Below are positions 18,691 through 27,195 of a DNA stretch of 64,000 nucleotides, in pieces. Origin of the DNA: Candidatus Eiseniibacteriota bacterium (lineage in GTDB: Bacteria > Eisenbacteria > RBG-16-71-46); assembly GCA_963744995.1 (NCBI GenBank), contig CAVUWA010000010.1, positions 384,001 through 448,000 on the forward strand, given 5' to 3'. Under the pieces are notes generated by a model. The model was not told the DNA's origin, made no database searches, and saw only the letters and a list, made by a program, of their open reading frames with translations. The stretch's first letter is position 1. Each line of letters opens with the position of its first letter. A program made the position numbers and the translations under genes.

Positions 18691-18996
18691 CTTCAATCTC
18701 CTTGTGCGGATCCATCCGTTTACTTCCAGCCGATGTATCCGATCCGGGATCCGGCTTTCGTGTCGGGGATGTGAGTGCACCAGAGGGTGCACTTTCGGCC
18801 TCGGGCTGGGGAGAATGCGCATTCGGCCGGGAATGTGCAAGCCCTGCGTGCATGAATTCGGGCCGGCGGAGAACGCCGGCCGGGGCCCATCGGGGCCGGG
18901 CCTGACCACTCAACGCATTGCCGGAGATTGCGTTACGCCATCAGAGCGAATCCGGGCCACGGCCTGGAAGCCGCCCGGGATTTCCCGCCCGTACGC

Positions 18997-20097
18997 TCAG
19001 CGCGACTTGCTGCTCTCCCCCGGACGCACGGTCCCGGCCAGCTCGTCGGCGTGGAACGAGGAACGCACCAGCGGGCCCGAGGCGACGTTCTCGAAGCCGA
19101 GCGCCGCGGCCTGCTCGCCCCACCAGCGGAAGCGATCCGGGTGCACGTACTCGATCACCGGCAGGTGGTTCGCGCTCGGCCTCAGGTACTGGCCGATCGT
19201 GAGCAGCTGACAGCCATGCGCGCGCAGGTCGCGCAGCGTCTGCAGCAGCTCGTCTTCCTGTTCGCCGAGTCCCAGCATCAGCCCGGACTTCACCTTGATC
19301 CCGGTGCCGCTCGCGGACACGCGTTCGAGAAGCTCGAGCGTGCGGTCGTAGCGCGCGCTCGGGCGCACGAGCGGGTGCAGACGCTCGACGGTCTCGATGT
19401 TGTGGTTGATCACCTCGGGGCGCGCGTCGATCACGCGCTGCAGATCCGCGGCGTGGCCGCGGAAGTCGGGTACCAGCACCTCGATCACGGTGTCCGAACG
19501 CTTGCGGATCTCCTCGATGACCATGGCGAAGATCGTGCTGCCGCCGTCCTTGAGGTCGTCCCGCGCGACGGACGTGATCACCGTATGGCGCAGGCCCATC
19601 GCCGCGACCGACTCGCCCACGCGACGCGGCTCGTCCCAGTCGATGAAGCCGTTCGGCTTGCCGGGACCGACTGCGCAAAAGCCGCAGCGCCGCGTGCACA
19701 TGTCGCCCAGGATCATGATGGTCGCCGTGCCGCGCTCCCAGCAGTGGCCGAGGTTCGGGCAGTGCGCTTCTTCGCACACGGTCACCATCTTCTGGCCGCG
19801 CAGCAGCGACCTGGTCTCGGCGTACTCGCCGTGCCCCGGCAGCTTCACCTTGAGCCACTCGGGCAGGCGGCGGAACCCGCCGGGCCGCGCTCCGGCGGCG
19901 TCGGCCCCGGCGCCGATCCCGGCGCCCGACGCGCAGCCGCCGAAACGTGGCCTCACCGGCAGCCGCTGCGGCACCGCGGGGCGCGGCGCGCCGTAGACGC
20001 CGATGTCCGCGCCTTCGTTCGCGTTGAGGACCGGAAGCGCGTCGGCTCCGGGGGTGGCGCCCGGAACCCGTTCGGGGGACTCGAAGTCTCGACTCAT
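18997..20097 (-). CDS. lipA: Lipoyl synthase
   Basis: CEEAHCPNLGHC (CX4CX5C), CTRRCGFC (radical SAM), RSSFHA. Confidence 0.96.
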   Translation of the reverse strand: MSRDFESPERVPGATPGADALPVLNANEGADIGVYGAPRPAVPQRLPVRPRFGGCASGAGIGAGADAAGARPGGFRRLPEWLKVKLPGHGEYAETRSLLRGQKMVTVCEEAHCPNLGHCWERGTATIMILGDMCTRRCGFCAVGPGKPNGFIDWDEPRRVGESVAAMGLRHTVITSVARDDLKDGGSTIFAMVIEEIRKRSDTVIEVLVPDFRGHAADLQRVIDARPEVINHNIETVERLHPLVRPSARYDRTLELLERVSASGTGIKVKSGLMLGLGEQEDELLQTLRDLRAHGCQLLTIGQYLRPSANHLPVIEYVHPDRFRWWGEQAAALGFENVASGPLVRSSFHADELAGTVRPGESSKSR

Positions 20098-20099
20098 GG

Positions 20100-21260
20100 T
20101 CAGTCCTTGGCCATCGTCTGCCGGGCGATCTGGCCGCTGCCCTTCAGCGACAGCATGCGGTCGAGCGCCAGGCGTGCGCCGGCACGGGTGGATTCGGGAA
20201 CGCGCACGGGATTGACGACGTGACCTTCGGCGAGGTTCTCGAGCGTCCACAGCAGATGCGCGGGATCGATGCGATTCATGGTCGCGCACGGGCACACGTT
20301 CTTCTGCAGGGACTGGATCCGCTGCTCCGGGTGCTCCTGCGCCAGGCGATGCACCAGGTGGATCTCGGTGCCGATCATCCAGTGCGTGCCGGGCGCCGCC
20401 TCGCGGACCCGGCGAATGATGAATTCCGTGGAGCCCACGAGATCCGCGTTCTGCACGACGTCGAACGGGCACTCCGGGTGCACGAGCACCCGCACCTCGG
20501 GATCGGCCGCGCGCGCCTCGTCGATCATGTGCTTCTGGAACTTCGTGTGCACCGAACAGAAGCCGCGCCACAGCATGATGCGTGTTCCGTCGCGGTAGCA
20601 ATTCGCGTTGACGCGGTCGAGATCGCGGGCACGGTAGTCCCATTCCGCCATCTCCTCGAGCGGCACGCCCATTCCGAACGCGGTGTTGCGGCCCAGGTGC
20701 TGGTCGGGGAAGAAGAACACCCGCCGCTTGCGGGCCCACGCCCACTCGAGCACCGAAGGGCAATTGGACGACGTGCACACCACGCCGCCGCGCTCGCCGC
20801 AGAACGCTTTGAGCGCCGCCGTCGAGTTCATGTAGGTGACCGGAACGATCGTGTCGCCATGCACCGCGGTGAGGCGTTCCCACGCTTCTTCGACGTCCTC
20901 GATCCCGGCCATGTCGGCCATCGAGCAGCCGGCCTTCAAGTCCGGCAGCAGCACCGTCTGGTGGGGCTGGCGCAGCACGTCGGCGGACTCGGCCATGAAG
21001 TGCACGCCGCAGAACACGATCCAGTCCGCCTCCCCGCGCTCGGATGCCAGCTGCGCGAGCTTGAACGAGTCGCCGCGGAAGTCCGCGAACTCGATCACGC
21101 TGTCGCGCTGGTAATGGTGGCCGAGCAGCACCACGCGCGCACCGAGCCTCTCGCGCGCGGCACGCGTGCGCTCGCGAATCACGTCGGCCGCGAGTGCCGC
21201 ATATTCGGCGAAGGGTCGCGCCCCCGGCGCGGCCGTCGCCATCGTGGTCAGCGTGGTCAT
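20100..21260 (-). CDS. nadA: Quinolinate synthase
   Basis: GHHYQR, FCGVHFMAE, AGCSMA, CTSSN, GFCSVH, VHPEC, CPCATM. Confidence 0.96.
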   Translation of the reverse strand: MTTLTTMATAAPGARPFAEYAALAADVIRERTRAARERLGARVVLLGHHYQRDSVIEFADFRGDSFKLAQLASERGEADWIVFCGVHFMAESADVLRQPHQTVLLPDLKAGCSMADMAGIEDVEEAWERLTAVHGDTIVPVTYMNSTAALKAFCGERGGVVCTSSNCPSVLEWAWARKRRVFFFPDQHLGRNTAFGMGVPLEEMAEWDYRARDLDRVNANCYRDGTRIMLWRGFCSVHTKFQKHMIDEARAADPEVRVLVHPECPFDVVQNADLVGSTEFIIRRVREAAPGTHWMIGTEIHLVHRLAQEHPEQRIQSLQKNVCPCATMNRIDPAHLLWTLENLAEGHVVNPVRVPESTRAGARLALDRMLSLKGSGQIARQTMAKD

Positions 21261-21273
21261 GGATCCGTTCCGA

Positions 21274-21702
21274 TCAGAGGTCCGAAGCATCGAGGGGCTG
21301 ACGCGCGGCGAAACCGCCCTCGAGCGAGTGCCAGTACGTGATCTCCGCCTCGCCGAGCCGCCAGCACAGGAAGATCAGCCGGTCCCCGGAGATCGCGTAG
21401 AAGTCGAGAAGGCCGCGGTCGAGATCCTTCACGAGGCCGCCGCGCCGCTGGATCGCCTGGATCCCCTCCGCGATCTCGTGGCCGAGCTGGGTCCGGGCGT
21501 TCTGCAGCTCGTGCAACTCCGCGCGGTCCGGGTTTTCCGGCCCCGCGCCCGACAGTGCCACGGCCATGACTTCGATGCGTGACTGCGCTCGATCGTACTC
21601 GCGCTTCGCCGCAACCAGCCGCTCGAGGCGAGGCTTGAGCTCGATCACGGCGCGGTTCGCCTCGGCCAGACTGAACACCGTCAGTTTCACCTTGCCTCCC
21701 AC
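21274..21702 (-). CDS. DUF2203 family protein
   Basis: FSLAEAN, VKDLDRGLLDF, LCWRLGE..I.YWH..EGGFAARQP; alternative GTG start at 21690. Confidence 0.85.
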   Translation of the reverse strand: MGGKVKLTVFSLAEANRAVIELKPRLERLVAAKREYDRAQSRIEVMAVALSGAGPENPDRAELHELQNARTQLGHEIAEGIQAIQRRGGLVKDLDRGLLDFYAISGDRLIFLCWRLGEAEITYWHSLEGGFAARQPLDASDL

Positions 21703-21727
21703 CCGGGAACGCTCCTTCCGTCTGGTT

Positions 21728-22426
21728 TCAGGCCGCGGCGCCGGCCGTCATGCGGCGCACGGTCTCGCGCTCGATCCAGACCATGCGCTCGAAACCGAAC
21801 TGCCGCGCCACGGACGCGGCCGCACGCTCGCGCACGGCGGCCATGCGCACGACGCCCGCCCCCGCACGGGCCTCCATGGACGTCATTTGGATGCCGTGAA
21901 GCCCGCAGGGGTGGATCAGGTCGAAAAAAGCCAGATCCGGCGCCACATTCAGGGCGAATCCATGATAGCTGACCCAGCGGCGCACCGCGATTCCGATGGA
22001 CGCGATCTTGGCGCCGTCCACCCACACCCCCGTGCGGCCGGGCACGATGCCACCCTCGATCTCCCATTCGGCGAGGAGCCCGATCAGTGCGGCCTCCAGC
22101 CCCCTCAGAAACCGATGCAGGTCCCGGCCCAGCGGGTTCAGATCGATGATCGGATAGCCGACCAGCTGCCCGGGCCCGTGCCAGGTGACGTCGCCGCCGC
22201 GAGCGACCTCGTGCACCTCGATGCCGCGCGAGCGCAGCTCGGCGGCTGAAGCGATCACGTTGCCCTCGCTCGGACTCCGGCCCACCGTGAGCACCGGCGG
22301 ATGGTCGGGGAACAGCAGCCAGTCGCCGGTCTCCCCCGCGGCACGCGCCCGCACCAGCGCCTCCTGGATCTCGAGGCCTTCCGTGTAGGGCGTGGCGCCC
22401 AGATGACATGCGTGCAGCGTTCGCAT
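21728..22426 (-). CDS. lipB: Lipoyl(octanoyl) transferase
   Basis: HPPVLTVGR, RGGDVTWHGPGQLVGYP, KIASIG, HGFALN, IHPCG. Confidence 0.95.
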   Translation of the reverse strand: MRTLHACHLGATPYTEGLEIQEALVRARAAGETGDWLLFPDHPPVLTVGRSPSEGNVIASAAELRSRGIEVHEVARGGDVTWHGPGQLVGYPIIDLNPLGRDLHRFLRGLEAALIGLLAEWEIEGGIVPGRTGVWVDGAKIASIGIAVRRWVSYHGFALNVAPDLAFFDLIHPCGLHGIQMTSMEARAGAGVVRMAAVRERAAASVARQFGFERMVWIERETVRRMTAGAAA

Positions 22427-22496
22427 CAGATTCGTCCCGACTTCCTCCGCGCCCGGTCGCGGGCACCCGGACCCGCGATGCCGGCGCAGATGCCGT

Positions 22497-23867
22497 TCAC
22501 GCGTAGAACCACAGCATCTCCGGGCGTTCCAGCAGCTCGCAGACCCGGCGCAGGAACTTGACCGCCAGCTCGCCGTCGATCACGCGGTGATCGAAGCCGA
22601 TCGAGGCGTTCATCATCGGCCGGATCACGATCTCGCCGTCCTTCACCACCGGGCGGTCGGCGATCTTGTGCACGCCGAGGATCGCCACCTCCGGCACGTT
22701 GATCACCGGAGACGAGTTGGTCGCGCCGAACACGCCCGCGTTGGTGATACTGAACGTGCCGCCCTGGATCTCGTCGGGCTTGAGCCGATCGGCACGCGCC
22801 CGGGCGGCGATGTCGTTCACCTCGGCGGCGATCTGCGTCAGGTTCTTGCGATCGCAGTCCTTGATGTTCGGCACGATCAGGCCCTTCTCGTCGCGGCCGA
22901 CCGCCATGCCGATGTTGTAGTACTTCTTCACGACGATCGAGTCGTCCTTCACCTGTCCGTTCACCCAAGGGAACTCCTTGAGCGCCATGACGCTCGCCTT
23001 GATGAAGAACGGCATGTAGGTGAGCTTCACGCCCTGCGCCTCGAGCTTCGGCCCCCACTCCTTGCGCAGGCGGACGATCGCGCTCATGTCGGCCTCGTCG
23101 AAGCAGTGGGTGTGCGCCGCCGTGTGCTTCGCCATCACCATGTTCTCGGCGATCAGCTTGCGCACCTTGGTGAACGGGACGACCTCCTCCCGTTGACCCT
23201 CGGCGGGCGCCGCCGTCGCAGCCGCCATGAAGCCGGGCAGCGGCGCGGCCGGACGGGCCGGCGCCACGGCCGGGGCGGATGGCTGCGCCGCTGCCGGCGC
23301 GGCGCCGCGGCGGTTCAGGTAGTCGAGCAGATCGTCGCGCGTCACGCGCCCCGCCACGCCCGAGCCGCGGATCGAATCGATCTCGGCCATCTGCACGTCG
23401 TGCTCGCGCATGAGCTTGCGCACCGCCGGCGACAGGTGACGCGGCTCGGCGGAGACCACGCCGTTGCCGCCCGCACCCGCCGCCGGGGCGGGCGCGGTGG
23501 CGACCGGCGCGGCCGGCTGCGGGCGCGCGGGCGGCGCCGCGGCGCCTGCCGCCTGCCGTGCCGCGGCGGGCGCCGCCTGCTTCGCTTCTTCCTTCGCGGG
23601 CGCCTGTGCTTCAGCGCCGGCCGCTTCGCCCGCGCCCGACAACACGCCGATCTCGGTGCCGACCAGGACGGTCGTGCCTTCCTCGACGAGGATCTTCGAC
23701 AGCGTGCCCTCGGAGGGCGAAGGAATCTCGACGTTGATCTTGTCGGTCTGGATCTCGACGAGCGGCTCTTCCTTGCGCACCCTGTCGCCGACCTTCTTCA
23801 GCCACTTCGACACGGTGCCTTCCGCGACACTCTCGCCGAGCTGCGGAACGACGATCTGAATCGGCAT
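22497..23867 (-). CDS. Dihydrolipoamide acyltransferase (E2 of a 2-oxoacid dehydrogenase)
   Basis: Lipoyl domain QTDKINVEIPSP; E3-binding SPAVRKL...GSGVAGRVTRDD; catalytic FDHRVIDG. Confidence 0.95.
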   Translation of the reverse strand: MPIQIVVPQLGESVAEGTVSKWLKKVGDRVRKEEPLVEIQTDKINVEIPSPSEGTLSKILVEEGTTVLVGTEIGVLSGAGEAAGAEAQAPAKEEAKQAAPAAARQAAGAAAPPARPQPAAPVATAPAPAAGAGGNGVVSAEPRHLSPAVRKLMREHDVQMAEIDSIRGSGVAGRVTRDDLLDYLNRRGAAPAAAQPSAPAVAPARPAAPLPGFMAAATAAPAEGQREEVVPFTKVRKLIAENMVMAKHTAAHTHCFDEADMSAIVRLRKEWGPKLEAQGVKLTYMPFFIKASVMALKEFPWVNGQVKDDSIVVKKYYNIGMAVGRDEKGLIVPNIKDCDRKNLTQIAAEVNDIAARARADRLKPDEIQGGTFSITNAGVFGATNSSPVINVPEVAILGVHKIADRPVVKDGEIVIRPMMNASIGFDHRVIDGELAVKFLRRVCELLERPEMLWFYA

Positions 23868-23946
23868 GTCCTCTGGTCCTCCGTGATCGCCCGCGTCGGG
23901 CGTCTCGTGTGCTCCGCGGCGTCCACCCCGGAGGCGTTTCGTTCGG

Positions 23947-24453
23947 TCAGGCGTCCGTGGCGCCGCGCTTGCCGCGCCGTTCGAGGCGCAGACGGCGGCG
24001 TTCGACCGCGCGCGTGTGCTCTTCTCTCTCCTCTTCCGTCTCCAGCAGCAGCGGCGGCACCGGGGTCGGGCGATGGGTGACGGGATCCAGTGCGACGAAC
24101 GTCACGAACGCAGTCGCGGTGTGGCGTCTCTCGCCGGACAGCAGGTTCTCCGACCCCACCCGGACGCAGATCTCCATGCTGCTCCGATCCACGAGGGTGA
24201 GCCGCGCGTCGATCAGCGCGAGCTCGCCCACCTGGATCGGCGCCAGGAACGACATCTCGTCGAACGCCGCCGTCACGACCGGCCGCCGGCAGTGCCGGTT
24301 GGCGGCGATCGCGGCGGCGAGGTCCACCCAGTGCATCACGGTGCCGCCGAGCACGCTGCCGTGCACGTTGGCCTCGTGCGGGAGCACCAGCTGCACCATG
24401 TGCGTGGCCGAATCGGCCGCGCGCCTGCCGGCCGGCGTCGTGTTTGGATTCAC
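23947..24453 (-). CDS. Acyl-CoA thioesterase (hotdog fold)
   Basis: VLPHEANVHGSVLGG..MHWVD, VVTA, SSMEI.V.V, FVTFVALD; start uncertain. Confidence 0.88.
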   Translation of the reverse strand: MNPNTTPAGRRAADSATHMVQLVLPHEANVHGSVLGGTVMHWVDLAAAIAANRHCRRPVVTAAFDEMSFLAPIQVGELALIDARLTLVDRSSMEICVRVGSENLLSGERRHTATAFVTFVALDPVTHRPTPVPPLLLETEEEREEHTRAVERRRLRLERRGKRGATDA

Positions 24454-24717
24454 CCGATTCCCCAGGGACGCTTCGATCTCGGAGCCGTGGTTGCAACATA
24501 CTGCGGCGCCTTGCGTTGCAGTCACCAACCGACACCGGCGGGGCGCACCGCAGGGACGGATTATAGGCGCCGCGCGCGCGCCCTCGCAACGCGGCCCGTG
24601 CCCCCCGCGGACGCGACAGCGCCCCCGGAGGCGCGCCCGGGCGCGGCCGCTGTCCCGGCGCAAACGAATCGGCCGGACCCCGTTCGGGGCCCGGCCGTTC
24701 GCCGGTACCGGGTTCGA

Positions 24718-26760
24718 TCAGTCGAGCAGGACTGCGCGCTGGTTGTACGTCTCGCCGCCCACCATCAGGCGGATGAAGTACACACCGGCGCCGAGACGGC
24801 TGCCGCCGTTGCCGCTGCCGTCCCAGGTGCGCGAGTAGGTGCCCGCGGTGAACGCGCCCTTCGCGAGCGTCGCCACCTTGCGGCCGGCGAGGTCGAAGAC
24901 CGCGAGGTCCACGTTCGCCGCACGCGGCAGGCCGAAGCTCACCCGCGACGAGGTCGCCGGGTTCGGGAACACCGAGAACTGCACGCGCGCCGGGACTTCG
25001 CCGTCGGCGCTGGCATTGAGGCCCAGGTCGACGATGTCGGCGTCGGTGCGCGGCGCCACGCGGAACAGCGAGAAGCTGAACCGCAGGATGCCGGTCACGT
25101 CGATCGTGTGCAGCGAATCCGCCACGAACGAGAACGGATAGGTGCTCGACTCCGTGACGTTCATGGTGTCCGGGAACGTGCAGCACGGGCCGGCCACGAG
25201 GAAGCCCGAACCAGCCGGCTGGTTGTTCGTGATGCGGACGTGCTCCAGCTTGACCAGCATGCCTTCGTAGTCCTCGCCGGTCTGCATGCTCTGGCTGCCG
25301 TCGCAGGCCGAATCGCCGAACACGGCCACCGTGCCGAGCACCGGCGTCGGCATCGCCGCCGCACCTTCGTCGCGCAGGTAGACGTTGCTGGTCGCTTCGG
25401 TCTCGTTGAAGTACTCCTGCACGGCACCGGCCCACAGGTACTGATGCCCCTCGGTGAGCGGCACGATCGGGGCGAACGCCGCAATACCGCTGCGGGTCGG
25501 GCTGTCGTCCTGCATGTAGTACAGGTTGCCGAAGGCCGCCGTCACGACGCCCCGGAACGTCAGGCGCGTGCCCACGGCGCTGCCCGAACCGCCGAACGCC
25601 GTGCGGTCCTCGCAGGGCGAGCCGAGGAACAGCGGATCCGGCGCCTGGATCTGGCCGATGGCCATGACGCCGTTGGCGAAGCTGCGGTCCTGCGGCGTGA
25701 TGATCGGCAGGTTGAACGCCGCGTCCTTGACACCCGACACCGTCACGGTCTCGGCCGTGCCGTCCGGCAGGTTGTTGCCCGGATCGAGCGCGAGGTGGAC
25801 GACATTGGGCTCGACCAGCGTCGCCGAGTTGATGATCCCGAACGAAGCCAGCGAGTAGTTGCCGACGTCCTCCGCCGAGGTCTGCTCGACGTTGCGGTCG
25901 AACACCACGCGGATGGTGTCATCGTGCACCGAGTAGGCGTCCGCAAGGTTCGGCGGCGTCTGCACGGTGATGTCGTTGCCGTCACGCAGCTGGATGCGGT
26001 AGCCGCGCGTGCGCTGGTCGTAGATGCCCTGCACGTTGCTGACGAGCGTCCCCACCGCGGGCGGCGCGTAGGTGGTGAGGGTGCCGCCATCGACGAGGAT
26101 GCTGTCGCACGGGCCGCTGGTGCACAGGTTGTCGTCGACCATCAGGAACGAATTGAAGGGAAGGCCGCCCGTGAACGAGGTGCGGGCGACGCGCATGGTG
26201 GTCGTGATGCGGACCAGCGAGCCTTCCCACATCTCCCCGTTCGGGTTGGTCGGCAGCTCCTGGAGCTCCGCGACCGTGCCATCGTGGAACGGCGGCAGCG
26301 GATTCCCGGAGTTGATCTTGCGCACGATGAGGTCCGGCGAAGTGAACGAATTGTTGAACGACAGGATCTCGGCGCCGCCCTGATACTCGGCCGATGCGCC
26401 GTAGACCGCCACGCTGTCCCCTTGCGCAAGGCCGAGCGTCGCGGCGAGGTTGCTGCCCCCGGTAAAGACGTCGATTCCGCTGAAAGGCAGCGCACTCGGC
26501 GCGGAGGTCTGGATGTAGAAGGCGAAGCCGGTGGGTTGTGCGTCGAAGCCGGTGATGATGCCCTTCACGCCGTACACCGAGTCGCCGAGCGCGGGATGAC
26601 ACGGCGCGAGCGTCGTGTCGGTCTGCTGAATGTCGTAGATCGTCAGCGTGTCGGCACAGGTGCGATAGGAAGGTCCCGGCGGATACTGATCCGCGCGGGC
26701 GACGAGCGCGCTGCTCGCGAGCAGCACGACGCCCAGTAGCACAGGAGCAAAACGTCGCAT
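24718..26760 (-). CDS. Secreted protein with two tandem pairs of nuclease-associated OB-fold-like domains, an Ig-like domain and a FlgD-Ig/T9SS-type CTD
   Basis: Signal MRRFAPVLL...ARA; internal duplication TIYDIQ..GIIT..FYIQ..SGI..EY..E.WEGSLV versus IGQIQ..GVVT..YYMQ..SGI..EY..EDYEGMLV; C-terminus PNP...VFDLAGRKVATL...WDG...GVYF. Confidence 0.8.
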   Translation of the reverse strand: MRRFAPVLLGVVLLASSALVARADQYPPGPSYRTCADTLTIYDIQQTDTTLAPCHPALGDSVYGVKGIITGFDAQPTGFAFYIQTSAPSALPFSGIDVFTGGSNLAATLGLAQGDSVAVYGASAEYQGGAEILSFNNSFTSPDLIVRKINSGNPLPPFHDGTVAELQELPTNPNGEMWEGSLVRITTTMRVARTSFTGGLPFNSFLMVDDNLCTSGPCDSILVDGGTLTTYAPPAVGTLVSNVQGIYDQRTRGYRIQLRDGNDITVQTPPNLADAYSVHDDTIRVVFDRNVEQTSAEDVGNYSLASFGIINSATLVEPNVVHLALDPGNNLPDGTAETVTVSGVKDAAFNLPIITPQDRSFANGVMAIGQIQAPDPLFLGSPCEDRTAFGGSGSAVGTRLTFRGVVTAAFGNLYYMQDDSPTRSGIAAFAPIVPLTEGHQYLWAGAVQEYFNETEATSNVYLRDEGAAAMPTPVLGTVAVFGDSACDGSQSMQTGEDYEGMLVKLEHVRITNNQPAGSGFLVAGPCCTFPDTMNVTESSTYPFSFVADSLHTIDVTGILRFSFSLFRVAPRTDADIVDLGLNASADGEVPARVQFSVFPNPATSSRVSFGLPRAANVDLAVFDLAGRKVATLAKGAFTAGTYSRTWDGSGNGGSRLGAGVYFIRLMVGGETYNQRAVLLD

Positions 26761-26915
26761 GGGAATACCCTCTGGTGGCAAAGACGACGGAACAAGGGAT
26801 GCAGCGGGATTCACCGTGAGATCGGGGGCTGATTCCTCCTCGGGATCTGCGGGTTCATTGAGGAATGAAACGCCAGGAGTCTGGCGGCCGAAGTGGAGCC
26901 ATTTCCGGTCGATCG

Positions 26916-26943
26916 AGTATACCAGCGTGTGGCCTAAGCCCAA
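26916..26943 (-). promoter_or_regulatory. Sigma70-like promoter for the OB-fold gene
   Basis: Minus strand TTGGGC-N16-TATACT with extended TG, in a locally AT-richer stretch. Confidence 0.55.
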
Positions 26944-27119
26944 ACGCTTTATGACGATAAGTGGCAATCCGGCAACTCGCCGCGGGTCCCGGAGATGCCC
27001 TGAGAGGGCCACAGAGCCTCCTGGCTGGCGCCCGGGCCCCCGGGGAAGATTCTCGGGGCGGGCCGAAGTGCGGCCTGGACCTCCGGGCAGACCCGGTGGC
27101 CGGGCGTGGCGACGGGGCG

Positions 27120-27170
27120 GGCGGCCGATCCGGCCCGGCGGCCGATCCGGCGGGGCGGCCGATCCGGCGG
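27120..27170. repeat. Tandem repeat, 3 copies with 17-bp period
   Basis: GGCGGCCGATCCGGC at 27120, 27137 and 27154, separated by CC or GG. Confidence 0.9.
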
Positions 27171-27189
27171 GGCCGCCGTGAGGCGGCCC
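27170..27189 (-). terminator. GC-rich hairpin just downstream of the lipoprotein gene
   Basis: GGGCCGCC-GTGA-GGCGGCCC; no U tract. Confidence 0.4.
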
Positions 27190-27195
27190 TCCGGC

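Noticed and set aside
18830..18860. Sigma54 promoter upstream of the small lipoprotein
   Set aside because: TTGC is present but the -24 GG at the required spacing is missing
27120..27170. CRISPR array
   Set aside because: Units are 15 bp with 2-bp spacers, there are only three copies, and no cas genes are present
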